Assembly (NCBI GenBank): GCA_052426225.1
Contig: JBNJNM010000012.1
Location: 2,356,001-2,420,000, forward strand
DNA from: Zancudomyces culisetae HAW-14-8
Lineage: Eukaryota > Fungi > Kickxellomycota
Direction of reading: 5' to 3'
DNA length: 64,000 bases
How positions within the stretch are numbered: the stretch's first letter is position 1; every line of letters begins with the position of its first letter. The position numbers and the translations under genes are program-made. Under the pieces are notes generated by a model. That model was not told the DNA's origin, did no database searches, and saw only the letters and a list, made by a program, of their open reading frames with translations. Below, in pieces: positions 34,487-47,772 of the stretch.

Positions 34487-36104
34487 ATGTTCACAAAGGA
34501 GATAACTTCATACCTGGCGGTATTCACTCTTCTGGCTTGTTCAAATGGATTTGAACTGTAAGTACTGACTCGATATATATTCAGTTGGTTTATATCTATA
34601 TTCGATTTGTACCAAAGCCCATAATATATTCATTCGGCTGTAATATCAGGACTTGTCACTTGGTTTCTTGTATTCTTTTATTTTTTCTTTTACAGAGAAT
34701 AAATTTAAATTTATGCGTGAATAGAGGTCATGAAGATGATATTTTAATGGGCATGGAGCAGTACCTAAAACTGGAAAATGCTATTGATAGATTTAGCACA
34801 CCTAGCGACAACAAAAGTGACTTGAAACTTGAATCATTTTCAGCAAGAGGAAATAATAAAACAGTAATCGTTCCTCTGATAAGCGATAAAAGGCTGAATT
34901 TCCACGGTGACGTTGAACTTGGAACCCCAGGACAGAAGTTCAGAGTTGTGTTTGATACAGGAAGCTCAGATTTCTGGGTACCATCTGTGCATTGTACATC
35001 GCTACCATGTATGCTACACAAAAGATTTGACCCTAAACTTTCTCCAACATTTGTAGACTTGAACAACAGGTTCACAATAAGTTATGGTACCGGAGAAATG
35101 ATTGGAAAGTTGGCCAATGATAGGCTTAAGATTGGAGATGTAGAACTACACAACCAAGATTTTGGAGTTTCAATACACGAAGGGCCATTTTTTGGAAAAA
35201 TGAATTTCGATGGTGTATTTGGATTGGGATACCCAGGGATTAGCAAGTCACAAGGTAAACAGCCATTCTACAGAATGGTAAAAGATGGCGAAATAGATAG
35301 CCCAAAGTTTTCGTTTTGGATAGACAGAGTAGTTGAACACGGAAAACAGTGCGCCGAGGTCGTCTTGGGAGGTGTAAACCCTGAAAGATTTACTGGCCCT
35401 ATAACCTATGCTCCAACACACGACAAGAGGTATTGGCGACTACCATTGGCGGATATAAAGCTTGGAAATAAGAGCATTTTTATAAATGCAAACTTGGGTA
35501 TTGTTGATACTGGAACAACACTTGTCGTTTTACCGGCTAGGGACTCTGAGACAATTAATAAATATATTGGTGCTGGAGAATTTAATGAGAGATTGGGAGT
35601 CTATTCAATTGATTGTGATCCCAGAAATCGAAAGACAGTCACTTTTTCTTTAGGGGGAGTAAAACTTAACATCAAACCTGAAAACTATATTTTCAAACTT
35701 GCATCTGGAAGATGTGTATCTGCATTCAGTTCAAGTCAGAATTCTGTAAGAAAACATAACTTTAGCTTGTTAATATATATATCTGTTATACTTTTCTAAA
35801 TCAGGGAGATGTCTTTTTTGTTTTGCTTTGGAAGCGAACAGGGAATAGTGTTAATAGAGATATGCGTGCAATACTTATAGGAAAAGACATGGGTTCTCGG
35901 CCAGGCGTTTTTGAAGGGGTGGCATACCACATTTGATATGGAAAGTCGTTCAATCGGGTTTGGTAAGTTGGTTGTGTCATTAATTGGTATATGAGGTTGT
36001 AGATAGTGGTGGCATTTTTCCACTAATATCCACCATGTCGAACATTTAATTTATTATTAACTGGAAATATCTATAACATAGCAAAACCGGTATACACTCA
36101 ATAA
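34487..36104 (+). CDS. Secreted or vacuolar A1 (pepsin/cathepsin D-like) aspartic protease, 4 exons
   Basis: Signal-peptide exon MFTKEITSYLAVFTLLACSNG; catalytic VFDTGSSDFWV and IVDTGTT; flap ISYGTG; FDGVFGLGYP. Exon 3 WVLGQAFLKGWHTTFD...IGF; last exon AKPVYTQ*. Confidence 0.9.
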
Positions 36105-37323
36105 TCCTGCTATCTATTGGAGGAGTCTTATTGATCATTTCAAATTTGGTATTTTTGAACGATAGCTAACAACCACTTTTAATCCATTTAGGGTTAAGCG
36201 ATTAATGATTGATTAACAACTATTACATTTTTGTCATTTGCATTAAAGTAAAAAAAATAAATATCACACAATTGTTGTTTTTACGTTTCAAAAAAAGTGG
36301 CGTTAATACGGAAACGAATGTGGAATAAATGAACAGAAACCCAAGATAATTGAGAACAAGGTGCTAATGAATTCCGAAGGGAGGAGTTGGTCGTAGCGTT
36401 ACACCCAGGCTTTGGTTATTGTTTTAATTTGTATGAAAGCGGGAACGGGCCGTGATTTATCTGGTTTTGTTTTGCAATGTCAATAGCCTGTATATATATT
36501 TTTTGCTGGGATTGCACAGACATTGGCTGCGATAATATATTTCTGGTTATATACAAAAAAGTGTCGTTTTTACACCTGCATGTATATGGCAGATCAAAAC
36601 ATTGAGTGCTGAAATGGTTTTAAAGTGAATGAACATGTATCCAACTTATTGAATCATTTGCATCAAGATTTGATTACTTATTGGTAAAGAATTTTTGTGT
36701 TTTTTCTTTCTCCCTCACCAAACTGGTTCTAAAATCGATAAAATTAATAAGATTTCGGAGAATTATTAATAAAACTATGACTGAATAAGCGAGTGGATTA
36801 AATGATAGAATGTCAAACGATTTTTTTTGCACTTTAATTATGTCAATGGGGAGGCATTATTTTTTTTAGTCGAATCAGTCTCCCCACACACAAAATAATA
36901 TAACTGATTCATTAGAGATTGACAGTTAGTTCAATTGAATCCCAAAGGAAGGTTACTCAGGAGGAGGGAAACGGATGGAAGAAGAAGAAAACTAGTGTCC
37001 CACTCAAGCGGGTTTGGGGTTGAGAGACTTTTACACAGTTTCCTTGAAAAAAAAATATTTTGAAATCGACCAATTACATGTGCAGTTTGATTTTGCGATG
37101 CCAACTTACACCTTCTAGCCATAGATTTCAATGAGGATCAGAAAAAAATAGTGGGTGGGGGAAGAGTGAGCTTGAAAATCCATGTGTATACATCCTTTTT
37201 TTTTCTTAGGCACAAGAAAAAAGAAAAGAAAAAAGAATTATAAATAGGTGAGGAAGGGTGCACTCAAAAAAAAAAGTTTAAGCAAAAATTCAATAAAATC
37301 AGAGTGAATAATATAATTTGAAT

Positions 37324-39064
37324 ATGGCAGGCCAAAAGTAAGAGCAAAACACATAGCATACTGTACCATCCTGACATTGTTAACCATCTAAACTGTGAAG
37401 GGGATACATGGAAAGAAGAGTGCCACGTCTTTGAAGAAACAACGCTAAAATATAGGATTGTATCAAAAAATAGGAAAATACTTTTGTTGGGTTCAGGGTT
37501 CGTAGCCGCACCTTGTGTTGAGGTGTTGGTCCGAAGACCAGAAAACATTGTTACCATAGGTATGTGATACCATAGTTTTCTGGTTTTATTTTTTGCTTTT
37601 TTCATGACACTGTGTGTAGTTAGAGATTCCAGTGTGGTGCGCCAAACCGGATGAAAAAAAGAGACACATGCAATCAACGTTATAAAATCATAATATCAAA
37701 ATAGGATGTAGAACAATCGAGAAGGCCCAAGAATTGGCAGGAAAGTTCACAGGAACCAGAGCCATGTCAGTTGACGTCAGTGATGAGGCACAACTAGATG
37801 CCGCTATCGCCGAGCATGATTTGGTCATCAGGTAAGATTATCGCATTTAATATCTGTCAAACTTGTAGAGAGGAACTGTCAATAACAAAAAAAAAAAACT
37901 AACTAACACACGCACACACAAAATAAAAATAGTTTGATTCCATACACACACCACGCTACAGTAATCAAGTCAGCAGTCAAGCACAAGAAGCATGTAGTTA
38001 CAACTAGTTACGTTTCACCAGCTATGATGGAATATGACCAACAATGCAAGGACGCAGGAGTTGTATGTCTTAATGAAGTTGGATTGGATCCAGGAATTGA
38101 TCACTTCTACGCACTCAAGACCATTGACGAAGTACACAGAGAAGGTGGAAAAATCAAGTCCTTTGTATCATTCTGTGGTGGTCTCCCAGCACCAGAGGCC
38201 AGCAACAATCCATTGGGATACAAATTCAGTTGGTCAGCAAGAGGTGTGTTGATGGCCTTGATGAATGATGCCAAGTTCTGGGAAAATGGACAGATTGTGA
38301 ACATTGCAGGAAAGGATCTGATGAAATCCGCAAAACCTATTTTTGTATACCCAGCATTTGCATTGGTAGGATATCCAAACAGAGACTCATCAATTTACAA
38401 GGAAAGATACAACATCCCAGAAGCTCAAACCGTTATTAGAGGTACTTTGAGATTCCAAGGATTCCCAGAGTTTGTTAAAGCCCTTGTAGATATTGGATTC
38501 TTGGATACTACTGAACAAGAATTCCTATCCAAGTCTTCAACAGAGCCACTCACCTGGAACGTGCTCACTGCACGCCTTGTCGGTGCAAACCCAGCCAACG
38601 CAGGCGAGCTACTTGCCGCTGTATCCGCAAGAATCCAAACAAACGACCAAGAGCTCCGCGAAAGAATCATTCATGGAATTCACTGGCTCGGAATAACCTC
38701 TAGTACCATACAGGTCGCCAAGCGAGGAACATATCTAGACACACTTTGTGCTCGTTTGGAAGAGTTGATGATGTACGGCCCTGGTGAGCGCGATATGGTT
38801 ATTTTGCAACACAAGTTTGGTGTAGAAAACGCTGATGGTACCAACGAGGTGCGCACCTCAACCCTTGTTGACTACGGTTTTCCAAATGGATACACCTCAA
38901 TGGCTAGAACTGTTGGAATTCCATGTGGTATTGCCACCCAAATGATCTTGGACGGTAAGATTTCCACCGCTGGTGTTTTGGCTCCAATGACTCCAGACAT
39001 TTATGTACCAATCATGGACGCCCTAGTAGGTGAGAACATCTACTGTGTTGAAGAAAAATTCTAA
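37324..39064 (+). CDS. LYS9: Saccharopine reductase (saccharopine dehydrogenase, NADP+, L-glutamate-forming), 4 exons
   Basis: Spliced N-terminus MAGQKKILLLGSGFVAAP...HDLVISLIPY; NEVGLDPGIDH; FCGGLPAPEASNNPLGYKFSWS; GTLRFQGF; MARTVGIPCGIA. Standalone, not fused to spermidine synthase. Confidence 0.95.
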
Positions 39065-39428
39065 TTTAAGCATTTCCCCCTTTTTTCCATTAATTTTGAT
39101 GTATGTCTATTCTAATTTTGTTAAGAGTTCAACTAACACCAATAAGTTTAAATAAAGAACAAAATATTGTTGAGAATAAATAAATAAACAAATTAACACA
39201 ATGAAATTGCTGTTTTTACATGTGAATAAAGTTTAACTGGATCAATGATTTTTTTCCTTTATTCTTTTTTCTTTCAACTATATCGCTTTGTAAAATGAGC
39301 ACACTTTTAGTTTAAAACAAATAACGTCAAGCGTACGAGAAAGCACCAAGAACGCAAAAACATAAACAGAAAAACTTTTCTTCCCTGGCATTCAACCTCC
39401 AGTGTAGATATTGGCAGGGCGTAATACA

Positions 39429-42400
39429 ATGGACAATCCAGAATCAGGGAATGAAAATCTCTCTGAATTTACTCTTGCAAAAGCACTGAAATACTTTCCA
39501 TTAACTGTTCTTACACAACCGGATACAAGTAAATACCCCTTTTTTATACTGTAAATTTTACGATTTGGAGCATAATTCCAACAGCGGTTTTATTCATAAA
39601 CTTAGGTACCATTAAAGGGTTTGAGGCTGTGGAGAATCAGGAGTACGACAGCGATAAAGAGGTTAAAATTAGCGAAATAAACGAAAATGAGAGGAGGATA
39701 AATGACATATTCCAGTTCCATGATCAACCGCAGCTGGCAACGAATGTTCGAAACCGAATTCTTAATACGCTGAAAGCGAATAGGAGCAAATATCTAAATC
39801 TGTAATTCCCCTTTGATTTTATAATGCTATCGAATGTGATAATGCTATAACAGTTTATACATACTGGGTATAAGAGATACTAAATATCATAAACAACTAC
39901 GTGTAGGCAATTCAATAATGATACAGCCGTCAGAAACGAGATTTTCGACGATTGCGCGAGAAATGAGTATGGAATTGTAAGAGATTTAACAGAGATCGTA
40001 CAGAGTAATTTTATTAAAAACTCGAGCAAGCAAGAAGGTGAGTATCTTTAAAAGTGAACAGACTTATTGGTTTGAATGACCAAAATGTATGTATAAAAAG
40101 TAATCAAATAATAAATATATTATTGCAAATAAATCTGGCATTAGAATGTGCTGTTGAGGAACAAATAACAGATAGTCAGCTTGAAGACGAGAATAAAAGT
40201 CAAGAAAGAATCAATGAGGTTGTGAAAGTTTATATTACCGAAGCAGAACGATTATACGAACAAACAGAAAGCGTGAGACTAAAAATTGATCAGCAAGTAA
40301 CTGCTGAGAATACAAATGTCTTGATCGAAAAACGAAAACACTCAACTGAACATCAAGAACATGAAGAGTTGGATGATAAGGTAATTTTTATATTTTATGA
40401 ATTTGTATCAAAATAACACATTTTGGGGCACTAACATCCAAGAAACAAGGATGAGAGATTAAGTGCAATGGATTGGTATTGAAGATATCACTAAAAAAAA
40501 ATCAAACTATAAAATTATAGGAGGAAAAGAGGTACAAGAAAGCAAAGGCTGGGGTAAAAGGTAAAGCCAAAGCAATATGAGTTGATCTGATGAGGAGCAG
40601 ATGGTATTTCTGAGTGTTTAGATTCTTAAATATACAAACTAAATATGATTTTAATATTTGTACAAGTAGATGAAAAGAAAACAGATACATACGAACTTGA
40701 TGATGAAGAAGAGGAACAAGAGGTAAGTGGGTTGCATGAAAAATAGACAGATATCATATCAACTGACGAGTTTTCTTTAAATAAACTGAATGAACAATAA
40801 ATTGACCAAATAGAGTATTGAGGGAATCATAAAAAGTGTGATAGAACAGGAAGAGTACATAAAAAATGACATGCAAAACGAAGAGGAATACAAAGAAAAG
40901 TATAAGGAACGGTTTTTCACGTGGGCCGAGTGGAGTGGCAAAGGGATGGTTATGAGTTCAAAAGGTCTTAGAAAAATATGGGAACTCTTGGAACAAAGGG
41001 AATCCAATGCGATTGATGGGATAAAGCAAGATGGGCTGTTGAGGAAGTTGGGGAAAATCTTAGAACAAACGTGCTATGAGTCAGGAGAAAGTATGGGGTT
41101 AAGAAGAATGGTGTTACAGGAAACACAAAAGAGGCAAAATAAAAAACAAACTGGACGTCGGTATGCTAAACAAGATGATGATGATGATGATGATGAAGAA
41201 GAAGAAAGTAATTCACAGATGATGAAAATAAAGGAAATATTGGAAGCAAACCAACAAATGCTGGGCGCATCAATGCTCCTGTTTAAAATACTAGCATTGG
41301 AAAAGGCAACTCAGAAGGAGATATCAGAGTCGAGTATCAGACAGGCAGTAAAATTAGTTTGCAGCATATACACCGAGACTATACAGGAAATGATGGAGTA
41401 TAAAGGTGGTAAAGGGTTTGACGAAAAAACGTTGATATTAAGGACGATGCAAAGTAGATGTGTTGGTGGTAAGGAGGGGGGACTGAATCAGCATAGATTT
41501 GAGCAGCTCTATAATATGTTACGCGGTGCTATAGTCCAGTTGGTGGTACTTGTGGAGCGAAGGCTATTACCAGAGAGTTCTATTATTGCGTTGGGGTTCA
41601 TGACAATTTCAGAAGTATTCCAAAGGGAGGAACAAGCTCAAGAAAAGGAACGGAAAGGGAAAAGAGAGGGGAGTGGAAGAGGAGGAGGGAGAGGGAAAAA
41701 GAAAGGGAAAAAAAAAGGAGGGGGGAAAACAAAAGCAAATGTCAACGTAAAATCAGGGGCACAAGGGGCATATAAAGAAAAGGAAAGAATGAAAGGTCGA
41801 GTGAAAAAACATGATGGCAGCGAGGAAGATGAAGATGAAGACGAAAAAAGTACAGATATGGATGAAGATGATATGAATGATGAACAAAACGAAGACGCTG
41901 CGTCTGAATGGGTTAGTAAGCGACTGAGAGAAGGGATGTTTAGGGATTGCAAAAATCTAATGTTTGCAATATATGAAAATAGCCCACCACAACGATATTG
42001 GATGCGGCAGGAAATACTAAGCGCAATAACCAGAACGCTTACATGGAGCAAGAAGGATTTTTATCGAATGGAGGGTGTGGGAGTAGAGAGATGTGGTGGA
42101 AGAACAGGTATTGAAGTTGGTTTAGAATCAAGGAGAACAAAAAGTATTCATTTTTCGTCGTATGTGATTCTTAGACTCATACAATCGAGTTTTATTTCGT
42201 TTATGCGAGACAATACTCTAGTTGGGCAGCATGGATACATCAAAGATATAAAAGAAAGACTAAAAATGAAGGTAAAGAGTGAAAAGAATGCACAGGACAA
42301 AAAAGAAGAAGGTAAATGGATAGGAAAGTTTGAGGAAACAGCCAGAGAGGCGGAGGATAATGCAGAGCAGATAGCCCAGTTTTTGATCCAGCGATCAATG

Positions 42401-45400
42401 AAGGGTGGGGAAGCAAATAGTGTTGGTAGTGTTAATAATACGAGTGGTGGAAGTAGGGTTGGGAGAAATAAGGGTGCGAGCAATACAACTGGTGTCGAGG
42501 CAGAGTACAAAGAAATACTTGAAACAGTGGTTCAAGATGCAATAGAGACGGCTGAGTTGGTGGACTGGCCAGTATCAGCACTGTTTTTGCGCACGGTAGT
42601 GGTGCAGGTGATGGCTATCATTAATGGAGGGCAACATCACAGCAATAAGTATAATGATATGATCCCGACGTCAGCAGTAACACTTTCTGGGGTGGATGTA
42701 GGAATTAAAGGGGTTTGTATAGAGTTACTGTCACAAATAAGTAGTTTTATCTTGGTTTTGGAAAGCAAAAAAGTTCCAAAACCGGTAATTAGCAGAAAGG
42801 AGTTTATTTTACACGTACGAATGCTACAAAAAATGAAGATGCGGCATGAAACTAGAGCCAGTGCGGTGTATTTCTATGCGACACATTGGATCATTGAGCT
42901 TGAAAGAGCTAAAAACGATCGAAGGGACTTATTGAAAGACAAAAACGAGGCCACAAAGGGCAGTAGGAAGGGTAAAAAGGGAAGTCAAAAAGCTACAAAG
43001 AGTGTACATAGCATGAAAAAAAGAAGAGCAAAAGGGGGTGACCAGGGAGAGGGGGGAGAGGGGGGAGTTGAGCAGGACAAATGTGACAAAAACAAGGGGA
43101 TCAAGCAGGATGAGCTGAATGAGGTAGAACAGACGAAAGAGGTGGAAAAAATTGAAGAGGTTGAGATACAAAAATGGATAAATTTTGCAATATACGGAAC
43201 GAATGAAGATGGACCAGGCGGTATTGATATTGATATTGATGATGTAGACAATACTAACAACGGAAATCTTACAGGAATGGATGATGTGGGTAGTATTGAA
43301 ACAAAAAATTATGGACTGGAGGTGGGAAAAGGATGTGATGACAACGAAGGTACTGAAAACATAAACAAACAGATGGAGCTTTTGGCGACTGATTTCGGAC
43401 CCATGCTAAAGCTATTGATTTCGAATTTAGATTCGCCAATTGTTGCAATCCGCACCAAGACAATAAAGGGAATTGGCTTGGTAATAGCAAAAAAAACCCA
43501 ATTTATTGCAAAAGAAAAGCAGATCCAAGCTCAAAAAAGCCATAGCCATGCGACTCAAGGATAATTCACCATTGGTAAGAGAAGCAACTGTGGATTTGGT
43601 TGGCAAGTACTTGTTACAGGCCGAGAGAAATCGCCTTTTGCATGTAGGAAGTGTTGAAAAGAGTAAAAACAATGAAGAGAGTAGTGGTAAAAGCTCAGAA
43701 AATAATAGTGATGAAATAGCATTATCAACACAACGGTACTTTTTGAACCTCATAATCAACCGAATAATAGATAAGGGTGTAAATGTTCGAAAGAGGGCGA
43801 TAAAAATACTTAAACAAGTATGTGAGCTACAGAAACACAATAAGCTTGTGTTTGGTGAGATGTTCCAGGTAAGAATTGGCATTGAGCTGCTAAAGCGGTG
43901 TGTAAAAGACGAAGAAAAATCGGTTAGGGTGTTGGCGTTTAAAACGATACGCGAGCTGTGGCTAAGTGAGCCAAAGCAAGATCATTACCAGCATTATTCA
44001 CATCGGCCTGGAATGAGTGGGGGATTTTATGGGAATAGGGCTAGTATCACTTGGAGTGCAGAGATGAGTAACATTGGGTTGCAAAGGGCTGGGTCGAGTG
44101 ATAAAATAACGTATAATTATTTCAAAAACCACGTTCCAGAGACAGTAAAGCGAGTGTACCGGGAAAAAGCCAGAGTGTTTATTAGTATGTTGGAGGTCTT
44201 GAATTCCAAAAATGACGAGAGTGGTATGAACATGAATAGTGGTGATGATGATGATGATGACAATGGTGGTATTACTATTGGTAATGATGACGAAGAGGTG
44301 ATAGCAACAGATGAAATGAGCGATGAAACAGAACAAAACACGATTCTAGAGCAATTTTTCCAAGCCACTCTAACACCGAATAGACCTGGACAAAGTGGGC
44401 CTCCGGGACTAGGCGCTGAGTTCAATATGGGGATGGCTATAGGAACCAATGAACTTGAGGAATATAAAAGAACAGTTGCAATGTTGGTATTTGGAGCATT
44501 TGAGGAGTATACTGAGTTTGATGTCGCTAGAGAAGTTGAGGATGCGTACGAAAATAGTAGAGCCAGTGTAGTACAGAAAGAAAATAAGGAGACACAAGTA
44601 AAAACAGAAACGATGGTAAAAGCTGATGGTGTTGGTGTTGGCGTTGGCGTTGGCGTTGATGAGGAACGAATAAAGGTTATGAAGAGTATAAAGTTGCGAG
44701 TGAGGAGAAGACAGAGAAGAGCCTTAGAGCTCGTTCTTGTGTTATCAAAGATATGTGAAAAGCAGGTAGGAGCAATTGCAGCTCTTCTTCCTATTGTTGT
44801 TGTTGGTAACAACAGCACCAAGCTGAAAAAGGAAAGAAAAGGCCAAGAGCTGGGAAGTGGACTTGAAAATGAAGGTCGAGAACACAATTCCAGTAGCAAT
44901 CATGACGATGACAATGACAACGACGACAACCATGATGATGATGATGACGAACAAAAGCTAGAAATAACACTAAAGATATACTCCAACGTAATCAAAAGCA
45001 TGAATAATGTTGGACTAGAATTCTTTGAGCGCGCCGAGAAACAAATGATCTTGCTGATGCAGAACAGTCCACAGCGTGTACTGATGCCAGCAATCCAGCT
45101 GTTTTGTCGAATTGTCAAAGTAAAAACTCGAGCAGCCCGCAATGTAAGCAGGTTCTATAAATTGCTGAATTCATGCCTGGCCAGGCTAGTTCGGCTCCAA
45201 TCGCAATACCAGGTCCGTGTTTGTACGGATAATGATGACCGAGACACGACTACCGTGATGGTTGGCGATAGTAGACCTAGCACTATAATCAGGCTCATTA
45301 TCCTGACTAGTTTATTAGTTAAGAACTTTGAAGATATAGACGAGCAGCAGGTAGTAAATATAGCCCCGTCTTTGCCACAACCTCCACCCGAACCTGAAAA

Positions 45401-45910
45401 AAGTTCCTGTGGTGAAAGAAATGATGCTGATAACACTAAAACCAGCAACAATAGCGTGAAGAAAATGGGCAATGAAAGGGGAATAGGCATCGAATTAGTT
45501 TATCTACTCGGCGGGTTTGTGTCAAAACTTCCACACCCAACATGTAGTAGTTCAGAAGGCGATGGTATAGTTGGGATAAAAATGGCAAGTCTACAGATGA
45601 TTGGGGAGCTGCAGCTAAACCACCCACAGCTTATAATGATGGATCCAATTGTTCGTTCGTGCGTTTATGAAGAGATTCTTTGTAAACCCGATTTGGTAGG
45701 CAATGATGTTGACACCAGAGATGAGAGCAGTATTGATAACTTTGTCAAGTTAAAAATTGTGGTTCTCAAAAATATAACAAAGATATTGAGGCATTACGAC
45801 AACAAGTTGCAGCAGTTACAGAGCCAAGAGCAAAACGAATCCACAGCAAGGCTGAAGCAGATGAAATCCAAGACCCAAATGGGAGAATCACAAAGTAGTG
45901 ATCGCAATAG

Positions 45911-45945
<35 letters not shown>

Positions 45946-47648
45946 GCGGTGGTGGTGGTGATGTTAATTGTGATGGAAATACTGTTAGTGCCAAGGTGTT
46001 GGTAGGAAAGGATGATGTCAGCAACAATATAGTAGCATCGTGTGCCTCGCTGGTGCAGACTTATCTTGACAACATAATTATGGATATCCAAAGATATCAC
46101 ACCATCACTAGTATGAGTGGTACTGCAATGGGCATAGTTGCTGCGGGCCTCTTTTTCATTAGAGAAGTTATTCAACAAGGGTTAGTGCACCCATTACGCT
46201 GCACTTGTGTTTTATTGGCTATTTACGGCTATTGTCAAGGTTTGGGTAGTAGCGATCCTAGTAGTCTAAAAATTGCGAAGCTGGCCAAGGTTGTGTATTA
46301 TGAATTGGCCACAAAGTATGAATCATTTATTCATTCGAACGATTCGTCGGCAGTGTTGTATGTTTATGAATTTCTGCTGCCTTATTCACCAGTTTCTTCG
46401 ATTTCTCAATATTTAAATGCTACAAAATCTGGAAATGAACGTAGTTGCAGAGTTGGTAGAGTCAAGTTGGTAAAAGGATATTATTACAACCGTGAAAGTA
46501 ATTTATTTGAATCGCTATTGCAACCCCTTTTATCTACTCTGATCAACAGTAATAGTAACAATAATAGTGGTAACAGTGGTGGTGGTGGAGTAAACAGTGT
46601 GCAGGACTCCTCATCACGATCTAGTAACCCATACGCTCCAGCTAGAAACAGCCAAAGACAGAGCATTGGGGGATATGGTGGTAATAGCCATGATCTTGAC
46701 ACGAACCAGCTTGTGTACGGATTTATAAAGATGCTCCTGTTCAACCATTGCCATCCTCTGCTTTTACCATCATTGGAACCAACCACATATAATGATGAAG
46801 ATGGAGATGAAGACGAAAATGAAAGTGAACCTAAAGATGACTTTGAAAATATTGGAATTTACGACGAGTACTATAATAAGGTGCAGTTTATCAGGTTTAT
46901 TTGTGAGAACATGCTGTTTTTCAAATACTCCAATCTGGATCAGGTCTTGTTTACTATTTCCATGTTGACAAAATTGGTGGTGGATTTTGGATATCCGATT
47001 CTTGCAAAATTTGAAACTGCATCGACATTTAAACTCCAAAAGACAAGTTCAAATGAACACAAGAACAAAAACAAAAACAAAAACAAAAACAAAAACAACT
47101 ATCTAGACTCAAATTTACAACAAATGGTGGCAGATAATAATGATCTTGGGGAAGCAATTGATTGCCATGATATTTTTTGCTCGGTTTGTGTTGGAATCTT
47201 TTTATTGACTAGAGAAACACTAAAGAGTGTATACAAGATTCCCGAAAATAAATGTGCACAACTCAGTTCGCTGAATACGTTTGATTATGGTAGTAGTGGT
47301 GGTGGTGGTGCTTGGGCTTCAGGAGTATTTGGGTCTTCTATACCTAATTACAACTCATCATTTGTTAACATCCACTCTTTAATCCGTTACAATTCAAATT
47401 TCAACAGTGCTGGTGGGAAAACCAACTATTCTGATGACGAAAGTGACGAGAATTCTCATGAAAACCCAAACAAAAATGAAAATACAGTCAAGGATGATAA
47501 AGACAAAAACAATTGTAGATATTACCTGGGATGGAACGATCTCTGGCCATTTGCAATTGCTCCAATTGTCAATAATGCCGATGGCACCAAACAGCGCAGT
47601 CTATTTATTCAGCTATTTTCTGATCTCTCTTTATTCTTATATAACTAG
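39429..47648 (+). CDS. SCC2: Cohesin loader Scc2/NIPBL; several 5' introns and an apparent +1 frame break at 43489-43496
   Basis: N-terminal ALKYFPLTVLT; DWPVSALFLR; LDSPIVAIRTKTIKGI; RLKDNSPLVREATVDLVGKY; DKGVNVRKRAIKIL; DEEKSVRVLA; QGLVHPLRC; ATKYESFIH. Very long low-complexity inserts. Confidence 0.88.
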
Positions 47649-47772
47649 GGTCCAACTTTTTTTTTTCGCCACTAATCTATAACAATGATTAAATGTTTAA
47701 ATAATAGAATTTGTTTGTGAGTTGAGGAGGAACAAAATAAGTCAAACGAAAACTAAGCTAAATTAAGCTAAA

